From a bacterium (GTDB lineage Bacteria; Cyanobacteriota; Vampirovibrionia; Gastranaerophilales; JBAXKC01): a stretch of DNA of 64,000 bases. Each line of letters starts with the position of its first letter. The stretch's first letter is position 1. The stretch spans positions 1 to 64,000 of the forward strand of contig JBAXKC010000010.1 of the NCBI GenBank assembly GCA_037137535.1. Reading direction: 5' to 3'. A program made the position numbers and the translations under genes. Positions 19,670 to 31,534 of this stretch are shown here, piece by piece. The notes beneath the pieces were generated by a model. It did no database searches, was not told the DNA's origin, and was given only the letters and a program-made list of their open reading frames with translations.

Positions 19670-19897
19670 ATGAGATACCTACAAGCTATTAGTTATGCTC
19701 TAATTATAATCGGAGCATTAAATTGGGGGCTTATCGGATTATTTAACTATGATCTTGTTGCATCTTTATTTGGTAACATGGGCTTGGTCTCAAGAACAAT
19801 TTATACATTAGTGGGATTATCAGCTATTATAAATGTAGTTCTTGAATTTACAGTTTGTAGAAACTATACACGTTGTTATGCTCATCCATCTGCATAG
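19670..19897 (+). CDS. DUF378 family small membrane protein
   Basis: LIIIGALNWGLIGLFNYDLVA.LFG..SR.IY.LVGLS; start at ATG 19670 after GGAGG. Confidence 0.9.
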   Translation: MRYLQAISYALIIIGALNWGLIGLFNYDLVASLFGNMGLVSRTIYTLVGLSAIINVVLEFTVCRNYTRCYAHPSA

Positions 19898-19935
19898 CTA
19901 AGTGCAATTGAATAACAGAACAGAAAAGAGACTCC

Positions 19936-20331
19936 TTAAAGTCTCTTTTCTGTTCTGTTAAAATCATCTTCAAGTCTTACTATGTCATCTTCACCGAGGT
20001 ATGAACCTATTTGAACTTCAATAATTGAAGCATTAACGCTACTCTTGTTTTCTATGCGGTGAATAGCTTCTGATGGAATAAATAAATTTTCACCAACATT
20101 AAATTCTCTGGAAATTTCGTTACAAACTAAATATGGACTTCCTTCAACAACTACCCAATGTTCTGCTCTATGGCGGTGAAGTTGTAAACTTAAACGTTTT
20201 TGAGGATATATTACTAATTTTTTAACTTTATATCCTAATCCTGTCTCAATAACGCTAAAAGTTCCCCAGGGTCTTTCTTCAGTAATTATTTCCGTAGTTA
20301 TATGTGTAATCTTAGGTTCTGCATGAAACAT
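19936..20331 (-). CDS. Mannose-6-phosphate isomerase type II C-terminal cupin protein
   Basis: ERPWG..RLSLQLHRHRAEHWVVV..HRIEN..IEVQ.G.YLGEDDIVR. Confidence 0.9.
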   Translation of the reverse strand: MFHAEPKITHITTEIITEERPWGTFSVIETGLGYKVKKLVIYPQKRLSLQLHRHRAEHWVVVEGSPYLVCNEISREFNVGENLFIPSEAIHRIENKSSVNASIIEVQIGSYLGEDDIVRLEDDFNRTEKRL

Positions 20332-21143
20332 TATTTATCTTTCTCTCTATTTTTTTTAATATCTTCCATACTTATTATATTTGATGTGTTTTCTTCTTGC
20401 TTATTTGAAAATTCATAAAAATCTGAAATTAAGCCTTTATGCTCAATAAAGGCTAATGCATTTGCAAGAAAACTTACATGAACTACTTGTTTTTTAAGTA
20501 AAAACTCTGTAATTTCTGTAATTTTAAAATATTCACTAATAGCATTATTACTTAAATCAAGCATCATTGAGATTTGCTCGTCATTGGTTTCTGATATTTG
20601 CTCAATTAGTTCTTTCTCTTTTTTCAAGATTTTTTTAATCTTAGCTTTGCTTTTTTTAAGTTCTTTTTCAATTTTTTGTAAACTTATACTACCTCCCCTA
20701 TTTTCTTCTATGTTATTTCCAGGCAAGTAATTATCCCTAATATATTGCTGACCTTTTTCAAAATATTTAAAAATTAATTCTTGTTGTCTATTTTTAGTAA
20801 ATCTTGAATTAACTTTTGTTAAATATTTCTGATACTCAAAATTAAGTTTATCAAACAATATTAATTCATCTTTTATTAAAGATGTTAACTTTTTATAAAA
20901 ACTTTTAGATAAAGCTAAAGAATTAATTATCTCTTCATCACTAGCATTCATAGCAGATTTTATAAAACATAATGTATATAAAATTGAAGTTAATCCTGCA
21001 TCTTGCATTAATAATTCTTCATTTTTTGACAGTTTAAAGGTTAACTTTATTTTGGAAAGATTATCGATGAATTCTTTTAATGCTTTATCGTAATTAGTCG
21101 TATCAATCATTTTTATATTATCCATTTTACTCTTTATTCCCAC
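20331..21143 (-). CDS. Hypothetical helical/coiled-coil protein
   Basis: 270-aa ORF whose stop overlaps the cupin start. Confidence 0.65.
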   Translation of the reverse strand: MGIKSKMDNIKMIDTTNYDKALKEFIDNLSKIKLTFKLSKNEELLMQDAGLTSILYTLCFIKSAMNASDEEIINSLALSKSFYKKLTSLIKDELILFDKLNFEYQKYLTKVNSRFTKNRQQELIFKYFEKGQQYIRDNYLPGNNIEENRGGSISLQKIEKELKKSKAKIKKILKKEKELIEQISETNDEQISMMLDLSNNAISEYFKITEITEFLLKKQVVHVSFLANALAFIEHKGLISDFYEFSNKQEENTSNIISMEDIKKNREKDK

Positions 21144-21244
21144 AGTAAATATATTAATAATTCTATAATAGATGAAATTTTTGAGCTAATCAAATACATT
21201 AGCTTGAATAATTAATCAATTATCGAAATTATAGGAGCTTAATT

Positions 21245-21658
21245 ATGACTGCACATGAATTTACAAAAAGAGTTATGGAACTTGCTGACATTCAGGAAAA
21301 AGAAGTTGCAGAAAAAGCAATTCAAATAGTTTTCAGCATTTTAAGACACCGCCTTACAGAAGAAGAAGCCTCTGATGTAAAATCACAACTTCCTCACGAA
21401 TTAAAAAGAGTTTGGGACAACCATGTTTGGATAACAAACTTCTTTAAATTATCCGGTAGAAAGTTAAAATATCACCATGTAAACGAGCTTTTAACTTTGG
21501 TAGAAAATGAAATATTAAGAGAAAACTTGCCATTGTCTGCCGATAATATTACAAAAGCGGTAATTCACACCTTAAAAGAACAAATCTCCTTTGGAGAAAC
21601 AAAAGATGTTATCGCAATTTTGCCGGATGAGCTAAAAGATTATTATAGAGCTGCTTAA
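21245..21658 (+). CDS. DUF2267 family protein
   Basis: AVF..LR.RL..EA....QLP.EL and LKEQIS.GE..DV...LP.EL repeats; AGGAG RBS. Confidence 0.75.
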   Translation: MTAHEFTKRVMELADIQEKEVAEKAIQIVFSILRHRLTEEEASDVKSQLPHELKRVWDNHVWITNFFKLSGRKLKYHHVNELLTLVENEILRENLPLSADNITKAVIHTLKEQISFGETKDVIAILPDELKDYYRAA

Positions 21659-21669
21659 TAAATACCGCT

Positions 21670-21707
21670 AAAAAAATAACCTCTGTTTTTTCAAACAGAG
21701 GTTATTA
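21670..21707. terminator. Terminator between convergent DUF2267 gene and eno
   Basis: AATAACCTCTGTTT / AAACAGAGGTTATT stem. Confidence 0.75.
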
Positions 21708-21726
21708 AATTTAATCGTTTAAAGAA

Positions 21727-23321
<1,595 letters not shown>

Positions 23322-23420
23322 TTGTTCATTTCCATAAAGTGTACCAGACTATCTCTTAGTTTGCCTTACTATACAATAAACATATTTTATTTAAAAGCTA
23401 TTAGTTTCGTTGAATATTGG

Positions 23421-24377
23421 TTAATTTTTGTTAACTATTTCGGATGGTTCTTTTAACAAATTCACCTGCTTCATTACATCCATAAGTTTATATCTTGCAA
23501 ATTCATCTTTTTCATTCGGATAGATTTGACTTTCCTCGGGTGTGAATTCATTCCATTTTGTATGCGGGTATGATTGCCCCCATTCATTTTCATCTCTAAG
23601 ATATTCTAAAGTTCTTTTATCGATTGTTAAAACTATAGCTTTAAAGCTCGTATCATTAATCGTCACGTCAGCTTCTTCAGGATAACGTTGCCCGACATCC
23701 GGTAATTTCATTACTCCGATTTCGATAGAATTATTTAACTCATCAAGTACGTTATCTTCTTTCGCCCAATCCTGTAATACTGATATAAAAGAAGAAATAC
23801 CGTTTCCGCTTTCTATATAGTCAACTAACATTGTATTTTTGCCATTTTTAGAATCTTTTATAATTTCTTTCGGTGTCATATTTACTGTTTTCAAATAATT
23901 TCTATAGTTTTTAACTTCTTCCTCTGTCGGCATTGATCCATAATGTTTACCATCCTCGCATTTCCAGCCCTTAGAAAAAGCAACATAAGTATAATCATCG
24001 ATACCGTTTTTCATTAATTTAGCAGCTTCCGTAAAAAATACAGGACTTCGACCCAAAGCGATTATTCGCTTATTCTGCAAATGAGGTAAAGCATTTTTTA
24101 CATTATTAATAAACATTAGTGAGCAAGCAATATTTTTAAAGGGATGATCATACAATATCTCTCCCGAAACAGCCTGCAGTCTTTGGTCATACTCGAGAGT
24201 CATTTGATAATACATATCAAGACTAAGTTTACTCGGCAGACCTGTAAAAGCTATATTACTTTTAAAAACATCGCTTTGGGGCTGACTATGGTTTTGAATT
24301 GCTTGTTTCTGCTGATTATTTTCTTTATTTATTATTATTGTCTGATTAAAAGCAGTTTTTAAGCGGTTGATTAACAT
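23421..24377 (-). CDS. Hypothetical protein with Q/N-rich N-terminus and PRTase-like LVDYIESG motif
   Basis: 318-aa ORF with GGAG RBS. Confidence 0.7.
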   Translation of the reverse strand: MLINRLKTAFNQTIIINKENNQQKQAIQNHSQPQSDVFKSNIAFTGLPSKLSLDMYYQMTLEYDQRLQAVSGEILYDHPFKNIACSLMFINNVKNALPHLQNKRIIALGRSPVFFTEAAKLMKNGIDDYTYVAFSKGWKCEDGKHYGSMPTEEEVKNYRNYLKTVNMTPKEIIKDSKNGKNTMLVDYIESGNGISSFISVLQDWAKEDNVLDELNNSIEIGVMKLPDVGQRYPEEADVTINDTSFKAIVLTIDKRTLEYLRDENEWGQSYPHTKWNEFTPEESQIYPNEKDEFARYKLMDVMKQVNLLKEPSEIVNKN

Positions 24378-24544
24378 TTGAAATTACTCCGATATTTATT
24401 TTGCTTTATCAAAAATTAGTATAAATTTATAAGTATCATCAATATTAAAAATTGCCTTTCAAATATTGCTATAAAGCTAAATTTACGTTTATTATTATAA
24501 AAAAAGAGAGTGACTAGAAAATTATAGTCACTCTCTTTCAATTA

Positions 24545-24958
24545 TTATTTTTTTTCTTCTTTTTCTATAGGAAAGGTATGGTTTATCCATTTATTTAAGG
24601 TATTATTCAGTAAACCAGGAAAAATCAATAAACCACAGGCTAAAGCAACAATAAATCCTCCATTTTTTTTATTTAAAAATGAGTTATTTTTAGAAACTTT
24701 TTCTGAAGTCTCTTTGATTAATTCCTGCGTTGGAGTTTTCAATTCCATTATTTTATTATTTATCTCTTTTTGCTTAGAATATAAAAACAATAAAGTTGTA
24801 GCTATACCAGACATAAAAAGATTATCTACCATAGATTCTCTTTTTATTCTTGAAATAGTTGTGTTTTTTTCTGTTTCTATAACAGTTTTAGGTTTATTAT
24901 CGGATATATTATTTTGCTTAAAGGTTAAAGTGCAATTTTTAAAATTGTTAATTTTCAT
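24545..24958 (-). CDS. Hypothetical two-TM protein
   Basis: AAGGA RBS, two hydrophobic segments, hairpin terminator at ~24500-24540. Confidence 0.7.
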   Translation of the reverse strand: MKINNFKNCTLTFKQNNISDNKPKTVIETEKNTTISRIKRESMVDNLFMSGIATTLLFLYSKQKEINNKIMELKTPTQELIKETSEKVSKNNSFLNKKNGGFIVALACGLLIFPGLLNNTLNKWINHTFPIEKEEKK

Positions 24959-24982
24959 TATTCATTTATCCTTATTATATAC

Positions 24983-26352
24983 CTAATTACTTGAGTTATA
25001 TTTTACATTCCATCTCTTAATTACATTCATATAATGTTTTTTATCTTCTTCTGGAAGATTTACAGTTGCTAACTTATCAAGTGCTTTTTTAAGATTTTTA
25101 GCATCTTCTGATTCTTCGCTTGAAGCTTTTCTGTTAGAGCCGTTCTTTGTTGCATTAATCTTGTCTAAAAGGGTTGAAGATATATTAGTCATTGCTCTAG
25201 CAATTTGTTCTTTATCACATTCAGGTAATATATTATATCTTAAAATATCACCTGCTGTAGCTATACTTGTATATAGCTCTCTTGGACAAGCACAGAAAAA
25301 AGCTTTAACTTGTTCATCACTTAATGCATTAATTATATTACTAAATTTATCAAAATTACTTATTGCCGCTGAAAAACCTAATGACATAAGTTCAGTTCCA
25401 ATTACATTCATAAGTGTTACTTCACCTTTTTCTAGTTTGCCTTTCATTGTATTGCCACACCCCTTAGTTACATTAAAAGCGATTGTAGAATTGATTGCGG
25501 CTGCTGCTCCATTGCCTAGTCCCATCCCGCCAACTGAATCTGCAGCCCATCCTAAAGCACTATTAGCTGTTTTAAATGCAACATATCCAGTTGCTTGAGA
25601 TTGTGCAATTGCCTGTGATGCATATAAAGCGGCTGCTGTAGGTTCAGCCTCATATAGCTGGGCTAACCTTAAACACATTATAAAAGTGTTGGCAGCAAGT
25701 GGACCTAAATCAGAAAAAGGCACAGGTGAGCAAGCTGCTGCTACCCCTGATGCTAAAGCAGAATGACCATTTATTAAAAAATCTGCCTTGTCGTCCCTCG
25801 TTTTTGTACCTAAATCCCAGCTAGGAGTGTACATTAGCATAGCCATTTTTAACCCATGACCTAAATTTGTAAAAGAAACAGCTTTTTCATTTCTAGTCTT
25901 TGTTCCTTTAAAGTTAATTGAAGAGCATTCATTTTTATCATTTATTGTTGCATTAAAAAGTTTTTTAGTTTCTTGTATGTTTTTTATTTCATCATTATAT
26001 GATTCAGGCTCAGGCTCGTTTAATATAAACTCTAACCTTTTAGAGATCAAAGTGTTTAAATCTCTAGTATTTTGTATAATTAATTGTTTATCAGCTTCAT
26101 TATTTTTTACTTTGTTTGAGCTTAATCGTTGAAGAATGTTTTCATTATCAGCTTCATTGTGGTTTTCTGATAATGATTCATCATTTATTGACTTAAATCC
26201 AACACGACCAGAAAAGTGCATTGCATTAGCTTTTATAGGTTCAGATACAAATTGTTGTCTCTGATTATTTTGAGCTAAAACGCTGTTTGTTTGTTTGTTT
26301 GTTTGTTTGTGATTAAATTTGTCGTCAACAAATTATTAAAAGCTGTTTTCAT
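24983..26352 (-). pseudogene. DUF697-like membrane-associated protein frameshifted at an (AAAC)6 tract (candidate phase-variable gene, OFF)
   Basis: ATG 26352 with GAGGA RBS reads through the repeat into TAG at 26277-26275; the main 412-aa frame is open across the repeat; SPVPFSDLGPL..M.LRLAQLY resembles DUF697. Confidence 0.75.
26285..26308 (-). repeat. Tetranucleotide simple sequence repeat (AAAC)6 [(GTTT)6 on +]
   Basis: Read directly from the sequence. Confidence 0.97.
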
Positions 26353-26514
26353 ATTTTCCTCATAGTGCATATCTATTCGCCTTGAACTTTATATCTCAAG
26401 ATAAATAACAAGTCAATTTACATGCAGAATAAAAATAAGAAATGTAAAAAACAGCTTGTCACATAACAAGCTGTTTTTTATAGTGATATTAATTTAAACT
26501 CTCTCTTCTTAATG

Positions 26515-26985
26515 TTATCTTGATTGATTCCAGAAAGCGTCTCTGATTACTCTTGCGTGTTCTGTTTCAGCAGAAATAGCTACATTGCTAGGTGTAAAAA
26601 TGAAAACACCTTCGCCAACTCTTTGTTGATGTCCGTCAATAGCGTGTGTAGCTCCTGAAAGGAAGTCAACAATTCTTTGTGATTGTTCAGCATCAAGTAA
26701 ATGAAGGTTAAGAATTACTGTTTTCTTATCTCTTAAGCTGTTCACTATTTCTAATGACTCTTCATAAGAGCGTGGCTCAATAACTTTAACTTCATAAGCT
26801 CCAACTGAATTTGGATGAGCAACTACTTTAAGATTGCTTTTTCTTGAAGTTTCATAGCTTGTTGATTTAGCTTCTTCGTATTCGTCTTCAGCACCGTAAA
26901 GCTCATCATAAACATCTTCTTCATCGTATTCGCCATGTTGATTTAAACCGCAAAAGTCTTTAAGTTTGTGAACAAGTCCTGACAA
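26515..26985 (-). CDS. sepF: Cell division protein SepF
   Basis: EPRSYEE..VILNL..QRIVDFLSGATHAIDG..FIFTP; follows yggS. Confidence 0.93.
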   Translation of the reverse strand: MSGLVHKLKDFCGLNQHGEYDEEDVYDELYGAEDEYEEAKSTSYETSRKSNLKVVAHPNSVGAYEVKVIEPRSYEESLEIVNSLRDKKTVILNLHLLDAEQSQRIVDFLSGATHAIDGHQQRVGEGVFIFTPSNVAISAETEHARVIRDAFWNQSR

Positions 26986-27028
26986 GGTGATTCCTCCCTT
27001 TTATTATCGTAATACCGTATTAATTAAT

Positions 27029-27691
27029 TTACTTAAATAGTATGCTGCCTAGCCTTAACATCGTTGCGCCTTCTTCATAGGCTATTTGATAATCATTGCT
27101 CATTCCCATTGACAGTTCAGGCAATTTTACTGTGTATTCGCTTTCCAGTTGATCTCTCAACAGTCTAAGCTGTTTGAATACGTTTCTTATTATTGACCTG
27201 TCTTCCGTGAATGGAGCCATTGTCATCAAACCAACAATGTTGAGGTTTTCGAGGTTAATAAATTCTTGAAAACCTTGAACAAACTGTTCTTGGTTAAATC
27301 CAAATTTACTTTCCTCTTCAGAGACATTGACCTGTAACAGAATTTTCTGTGCAAGGTTTCTCTTCTTGGCTTCATCTGATACTGCCACAGCTAATTTCAA
27401 GGAATCTACCGAGTGAATAATTTCATAGTTGCCTACAATTTTTTTCACCTTGTTTGTTTGTAAATGTCCTATAAAGTGCCATGTTATACCCGACTCGACC
27501 TCTTTAGGAAGAAGTTCTCTCTTTTGCTCGGCATCTTGAGCTTTATTTTCACCAAAATCTTCAATACCGGCATTATATGCTTCTATTATTTCATTTGGCC
27601 CAACATACTTAGAAACAGCAATTATCTTACATTTTTCTAAATTAATGTCAGTTTTAATTTTTTCGAGATTTTCTATTCTTCTACCCATCAT
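27029..27691 (-). CDS. yggS: PLP homeostasis protein YggS/PipY
   Basis: IAVSK, FGEN, WHFIGHLQTNK, LSMGMSND. Confidence 0.95.
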   Translation of the reverse strand: MMGRRIENLEKIKTDINLEKCKIIAVSKYVGPNEIIEAYNAGIEDFGENKAQDAEQKRELLPKEVESGITWHFIGHLQTNKVKKIVGNYEIIHSVDSLKLAVAVSDEAKKRNLAQKILLQVNVSEEESKFGFNQEQFVQGFQEFINLENLNIVGLMTMAPFTEDRSIIRNVFKQLRLLRDQLESEYTVKLPELSMGMSNDYQIAYEEGATMLRLGSILFK

Positions 27692-28178
27692 TTTTTCTTC
27701 ACTTTCGCAGAAATTCAAGCAAAAGCTTAAGTTCGATTGTATAACAAATATTTGTATAGTACAAACATCTGTTTAGTAACCTTTTCGTTGATTATATATC
27801 TAATTATATTCATTTTTTAAATTTCAAAATCCCTTTAATATACGAGTTTTTGTAAGAATTAATATTTGTTTTTAAACATTAATATCATGTTTTTAAAAAA
27901 ACACATGAAGTTTTGTTAAAAATAAGGTTTTTCTGTATTTCCATGCATGGCTTATCTTTCAGGAATTTACAATACTTAACCTTTTATTTCTTGAATGTTA
28001 AGTATTTATTACTTTCATGAGTGTTATTAATTAATAATGATTACAAACAAATGGCTCTTATCACTTATGCAGATTAAATATAAGAAAATTCTATAAATTA
28101 AAATTGGCTTATGATATATTACTTTTATAATGTTAATATTTTATTTGAATGAAATAAGAAAATATCAATGGAGGAAAA

Positions 28179-28922
28179 ATGCTACTCAAGGATAAATTAA
28201 TAGCTATTGGACACACCTTTTTCAGATATAGAACCTATCAGTTTCTTATCTATGTTGCTGTAATTCTTTTAGGATGGAGACATTTTTATCATCTTAAAGG
28301 TCATCTTGGTTATGAATTATTCTGCTATTGTGTGGCTTTTTCAGGTATTATAGTTAGATCTTTAACCTGTGGTTTCGTATCTATCGGCACATCGGGAAGA
28401 AATACCAGACAACAGGAAGCTGTAGAACTTAATACAACAGGAATGTATTCAATTTGCAGAAATCCTTTATATATCGGTAATTTCTTAGTCTTCTTGGGAA
28501 TAGTTTTACTTACCGAGAATTGGTTAGGAGTGATTATCGCCAGTGCTTTATTCTGGATATTCTACACACCGATTATTTTAACTGAAGAAGATTTCTTAGT
28601 TGGCAAGTTTAAAGAAGAATATCTAAAATTTGCCAGTGAAACTAATTGCATTATTCCTTCTTTCAAAAACTTTAAAAAACCTGCAAAAGAATTTTCTTTA
28701 TGGATGGTTTTAATGAGAGAACACGATACTCTATTATCAACAACTTTATCTTTCCTCGGTGTTGAGATACTTAGAGAATATGCTACTCGTGGTCATTTAT
28801 ATCTCTCTAAATTCTGGATTGGCACTTTAATAGTAGTTTTTGTTATTTTCTTTATTCTTAAATATTTCAAAAAATACAGATATATGATTGCTAATTTTTT
28901 AAACAAATCAAAAAAAGCGTAA
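28179..28922 (+). CDS. ICMT-family membrane methyltransferase, similar to lipid A 1-phosphate methyltransferase LmtA
   Basis: GTSGRNT..LNTTGMYS..RNPLY.GNF..EE.FL motifs, several TM segments. Confidence 0.75.
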   Translation: MLLKDKLIAIGHTFFRYRTYQFLIYVAVILLGWRHFYHLKGHLGYELFCYCVAFSGIIVRSLTCGFVSIGTSGRNTRQQEAVELNTTGMYSICRNPLYIGNFLVFLGIVLLTENWLGVIIASALFWIFYTPIILTEEDFLVGKFKEEYLKFASETNCIIPSFKNFKKPAKEFSLWMVLMREHDTLLSTTLSFLGVEILREYATRGHLYLSKFWIGTLIVVFVIFFILKYFKKYRYMIANFLNKSKKA

Positions 28923-29101
28923 ATAAATTAATAAATTTAAAAATCAGGATTAATTAAAATCCTGATTTTTTTTGGATTCTAATATTATGCCAATCAGCAA
29001 AATGTAACAATTTCTTAAATTAACAATATATCTATAAGTTCAATAGCATGAATCAAATCCATATTGTTTTTATATACATAAGGGGATTTGAGGATAATAT
29101 T

Positions 29102-30166
29102 ATGAATGGAATAGGCTCAAACTACAATCTTTATAACAACAGAATAGGGTTTGGAACTTCGACTCCATTAAGTAAACCTGCTGAAGAAGCTCAGCTTTTG
29201 CCGAATTTAAACAATATTGGCGTTGAAGTACCTGTAAATCCACAAGTTTTAGGTAAAGTTCCTAACTTTGGAATTACGTTGAAAAGACAAAATGTAGAAG
29301 TCAAAGAAGATAAAAGTAAAAATGGCAAACTTGACTGGAGTGAAGTAGGTAAAAACTTCATCAAAGGCATCGGTGGTTTTGCAATTGAAGCAATTAAACA
29401 TCCTATCAGATCTATTGCTATTGCGGCTGGAGTAGGAGTGTTAACAACATTATGTCCGCCTCTTGCAGGGATCATGATTGGTGGAGCTGCTATGGGTGGG
29501 GTATTTTCACTCGGTGGCGGAATTATAAAGGCAGGATATAGTCTGGCAAGAAAAGATTGGGATGGATTTGAAAAATCTTTTGAAGATACTGGTTCGGGTT
29601 TATCTACTATTTTAATGTCAGCCTTTATGGCACGTGGCTTTAATGGATTAAAACTAAAGGCAAATGCAAATGGTACTGCTGTTTCAAAGTTTGAATTCAG
29701 TAAAAGTGGTGTTATCAACTGGGTAAAAGAATCTTTTAATCTTGTACAAAAGGAAGGAACTGAAAGCTATAGAAGCGCCCTTAATATAGCTCAAGCAAAT
29801 TTAAGAGGTCTTGTAAGAACAATTAAAGAGCCAAAAGCTGAAGGCTTTAAATTCTTTGACTTCTTCAAACAATCAAGAAGTGATGCATTAAACAACATGC
29901 ATACTGCAAAGCCTAAAATTGATATTCAAAATGGAGTTGACACACCAACAGGCTTTTTAGATAAAATCAGATTTAATATTGCAAAAGATAAAGGTAAATT
30001 CATTCAAGAAATAAATGCAAGGCAGGGTATTGATACAAAAAATCTTGAATTATCCGATAACATAATTAATACAGCAGGAAGTGCATTAAGAAGCTCCTGG
30101 GCATACTTGCCTGATACAGACAGGTCAGCTTCTGTAACTCCACAAGGTTTAGACATGGACATGTAA
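29102..30166 (+). CDS. Hypothetical protein with Gly-rich hydrophobic hairpin
   Basis: GAGG RBS before ATG 29102; terminator hairpin at ~30170-30202. Confidence 0.7.
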   Translation: MNGIGSNYNLYNNRIGFGTSTPLSKPAEEAQLLPNLNNIGVEVPVNPQVLGKVPNFGITLKRQNVEVKEDKSKNGKLDWSEVGKNFIKGIGGFAIEAIKHPIRSIAIAAGVGVLTTLCPPLAGIMIGGAAMGGVFSLGGGIIKAGYSLARKDWDGFEKSFEDTGSGLSTILMSAFMARGFNGLKLKANANGTAVSKFEFSKSGVINWVKESFNLVQKEGTESYRSALNIAQANLRGLVRTIKEPKAEGFKFFDFFKQSRSDALNNMHTAKPKIDIQNGVDTPTGFLDKIRFNIAKDKGKFIQEINARQGIDTKNLELSDNIINTAGSALRSSWAYLPDTDRSASVTPQGLDMDM

Positions 30167-30227
30167 AAATAAATCCGTAGTTAAATTAATAACTACGGAT
30201 TTCAATTGATTATTTATCGTTTAACAA

Positions 30228-31376
30228 TTACTCAATGATTGTTGTATTTGTTAAATCAACTTTTACAGGTTTACTAAGTTCAATATACATTATTTTATCA
30301 GCAGGAATTTTAATCTTCTTACCTTTAATAATAAATCTTACAGCTCTAACAAACCAGTTACCTTTTTTGTCTTTTGAAACTACAATGCCTGGGAATGCAG
30401 CTTTTTGACCTGAAGGTGTATTAATATTTTTAGAATCTAAACCAAGTTTAGCATTTCTTAAGATATATCTTGCAGGCTTAACCATAGCAACATCACCTGT
30501 TACTGTACTTCCTTGTTTAATAAGTAAGTAGCTGTCTTTTGAAACGATATTGTCATAGATTGAGGAAAGGAATACAGTTCCTACTTCAACGTTTTGACTG
30601 TTTATAGGAGTAGTAAATTTAACAGGAATAACTGATCCCGCAGGAATTGTAGCAATTGTACCGTCGATAGCTACGTTTTCTAATAAAATACCTCTAGCAA
30701 TTTTAGGCTTCATTGCTTCAGCTAATTTTGCATTTGGATTAATTAAAGCTTGTTTCTTCATGTTATAAAGACTTACAGCGATTTCAGCTCTTGTGATTTT
30801 GCTGTCAGGATTAAAATTCTTTTTAGCTTGTGGAGGATTAGCAGAAACTTTATATTTTTCTGCCTTACCAGCTGGAACTAAAGCCCAAGCAGGGATTTGC
30901 TTTAAATCAACATATTTTTTAAGATATTGTTTTGCTTCCGCTTCTGTCATATCACCTGTATTAACAGCTGATATAAGAATAGCTATTGCTTCAGCTTTTG
31001 AAACATTATCTTCAGGTCTGAAAGTACCGTCTGGGAATCCTTTTATAAGGTCAAAAGCTTGAGCTCTTTGAATTGTGTTATATGCCCAGTATGAATAGTT
31101 GACATCTTTGTAATCAACTGCTTCTGCAAGTGGCGAATTTTCTTGTTTTAAGGCTTTAATCACCATTGTTGCAAATTCAGCTCTTGTAGCTGCATTATCA
31201 GGATGGAAAGAGCCATCAGGATAACCAACAACAATATTTTCTTTAGCTAGTGATTGAATTTGCTTGTAAGCCCAGTGCTTAGATGTTAAATCGGTAAAAT
31301 CTTTAGCTTGAGCAACGCTCATAACACTATTACATAACAATAATGCCAGTAAAAACTTACTAATGCTCTTTTTCAT
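30228..31376 (-). CDS. Exported S-layer homology (SLH) domain protein
   Basis: Signal peptide; three SLH repeats (FTDL..HWAY..GYPDGSFHP..TRAE). Confidence 0.9.
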   Translation of the reverse strand: MKKSISKFLLALLLCNSVMSVAQAKDFTDLTSKHWAYKQIQSLAKENIVVGYPDGSFHPDNAATRAEFATMVIKALKQENSPLAEAVDYKDVNYSYWAYNTIQRAQAFDLIKGFPDGTFRPEDNVSKAEAIAILISAVNTGDMTEAEAKQYLKKYVDLKQIPAWALVPAGKAEKYKVSANPPQAKKNFNPDSKITRAEIAVSLYNMKKQALINPNAKLAEAMKPKIARGILLENVAIDGTIATIPAGSVIPVKFTTPINSQNVEVGTVFLSSIYDNIVSKDSYLLIKQGSTVTGDVAMVKPARYILRNAKLGLDSKNINTPSGQKAAFPGIVVSKDKKGNWFVRAVRFIIKGKKIKIPADKIMYIELSKPVKVDLTNTTIIE

Positions 31377-31534
31377 TAAGTTTCTCCTCTATTACTATAA
31401 TTCCAGACGGATAATTAATATCTTAAATAGTTTATCAAAAAATAAATAAATTCTCATTTAATTTTTATTAACATAATAATTAAGATTAATCTAAATCACA
31501 CTTCATTATTAATTTTTTATACTTTTGATTTATG

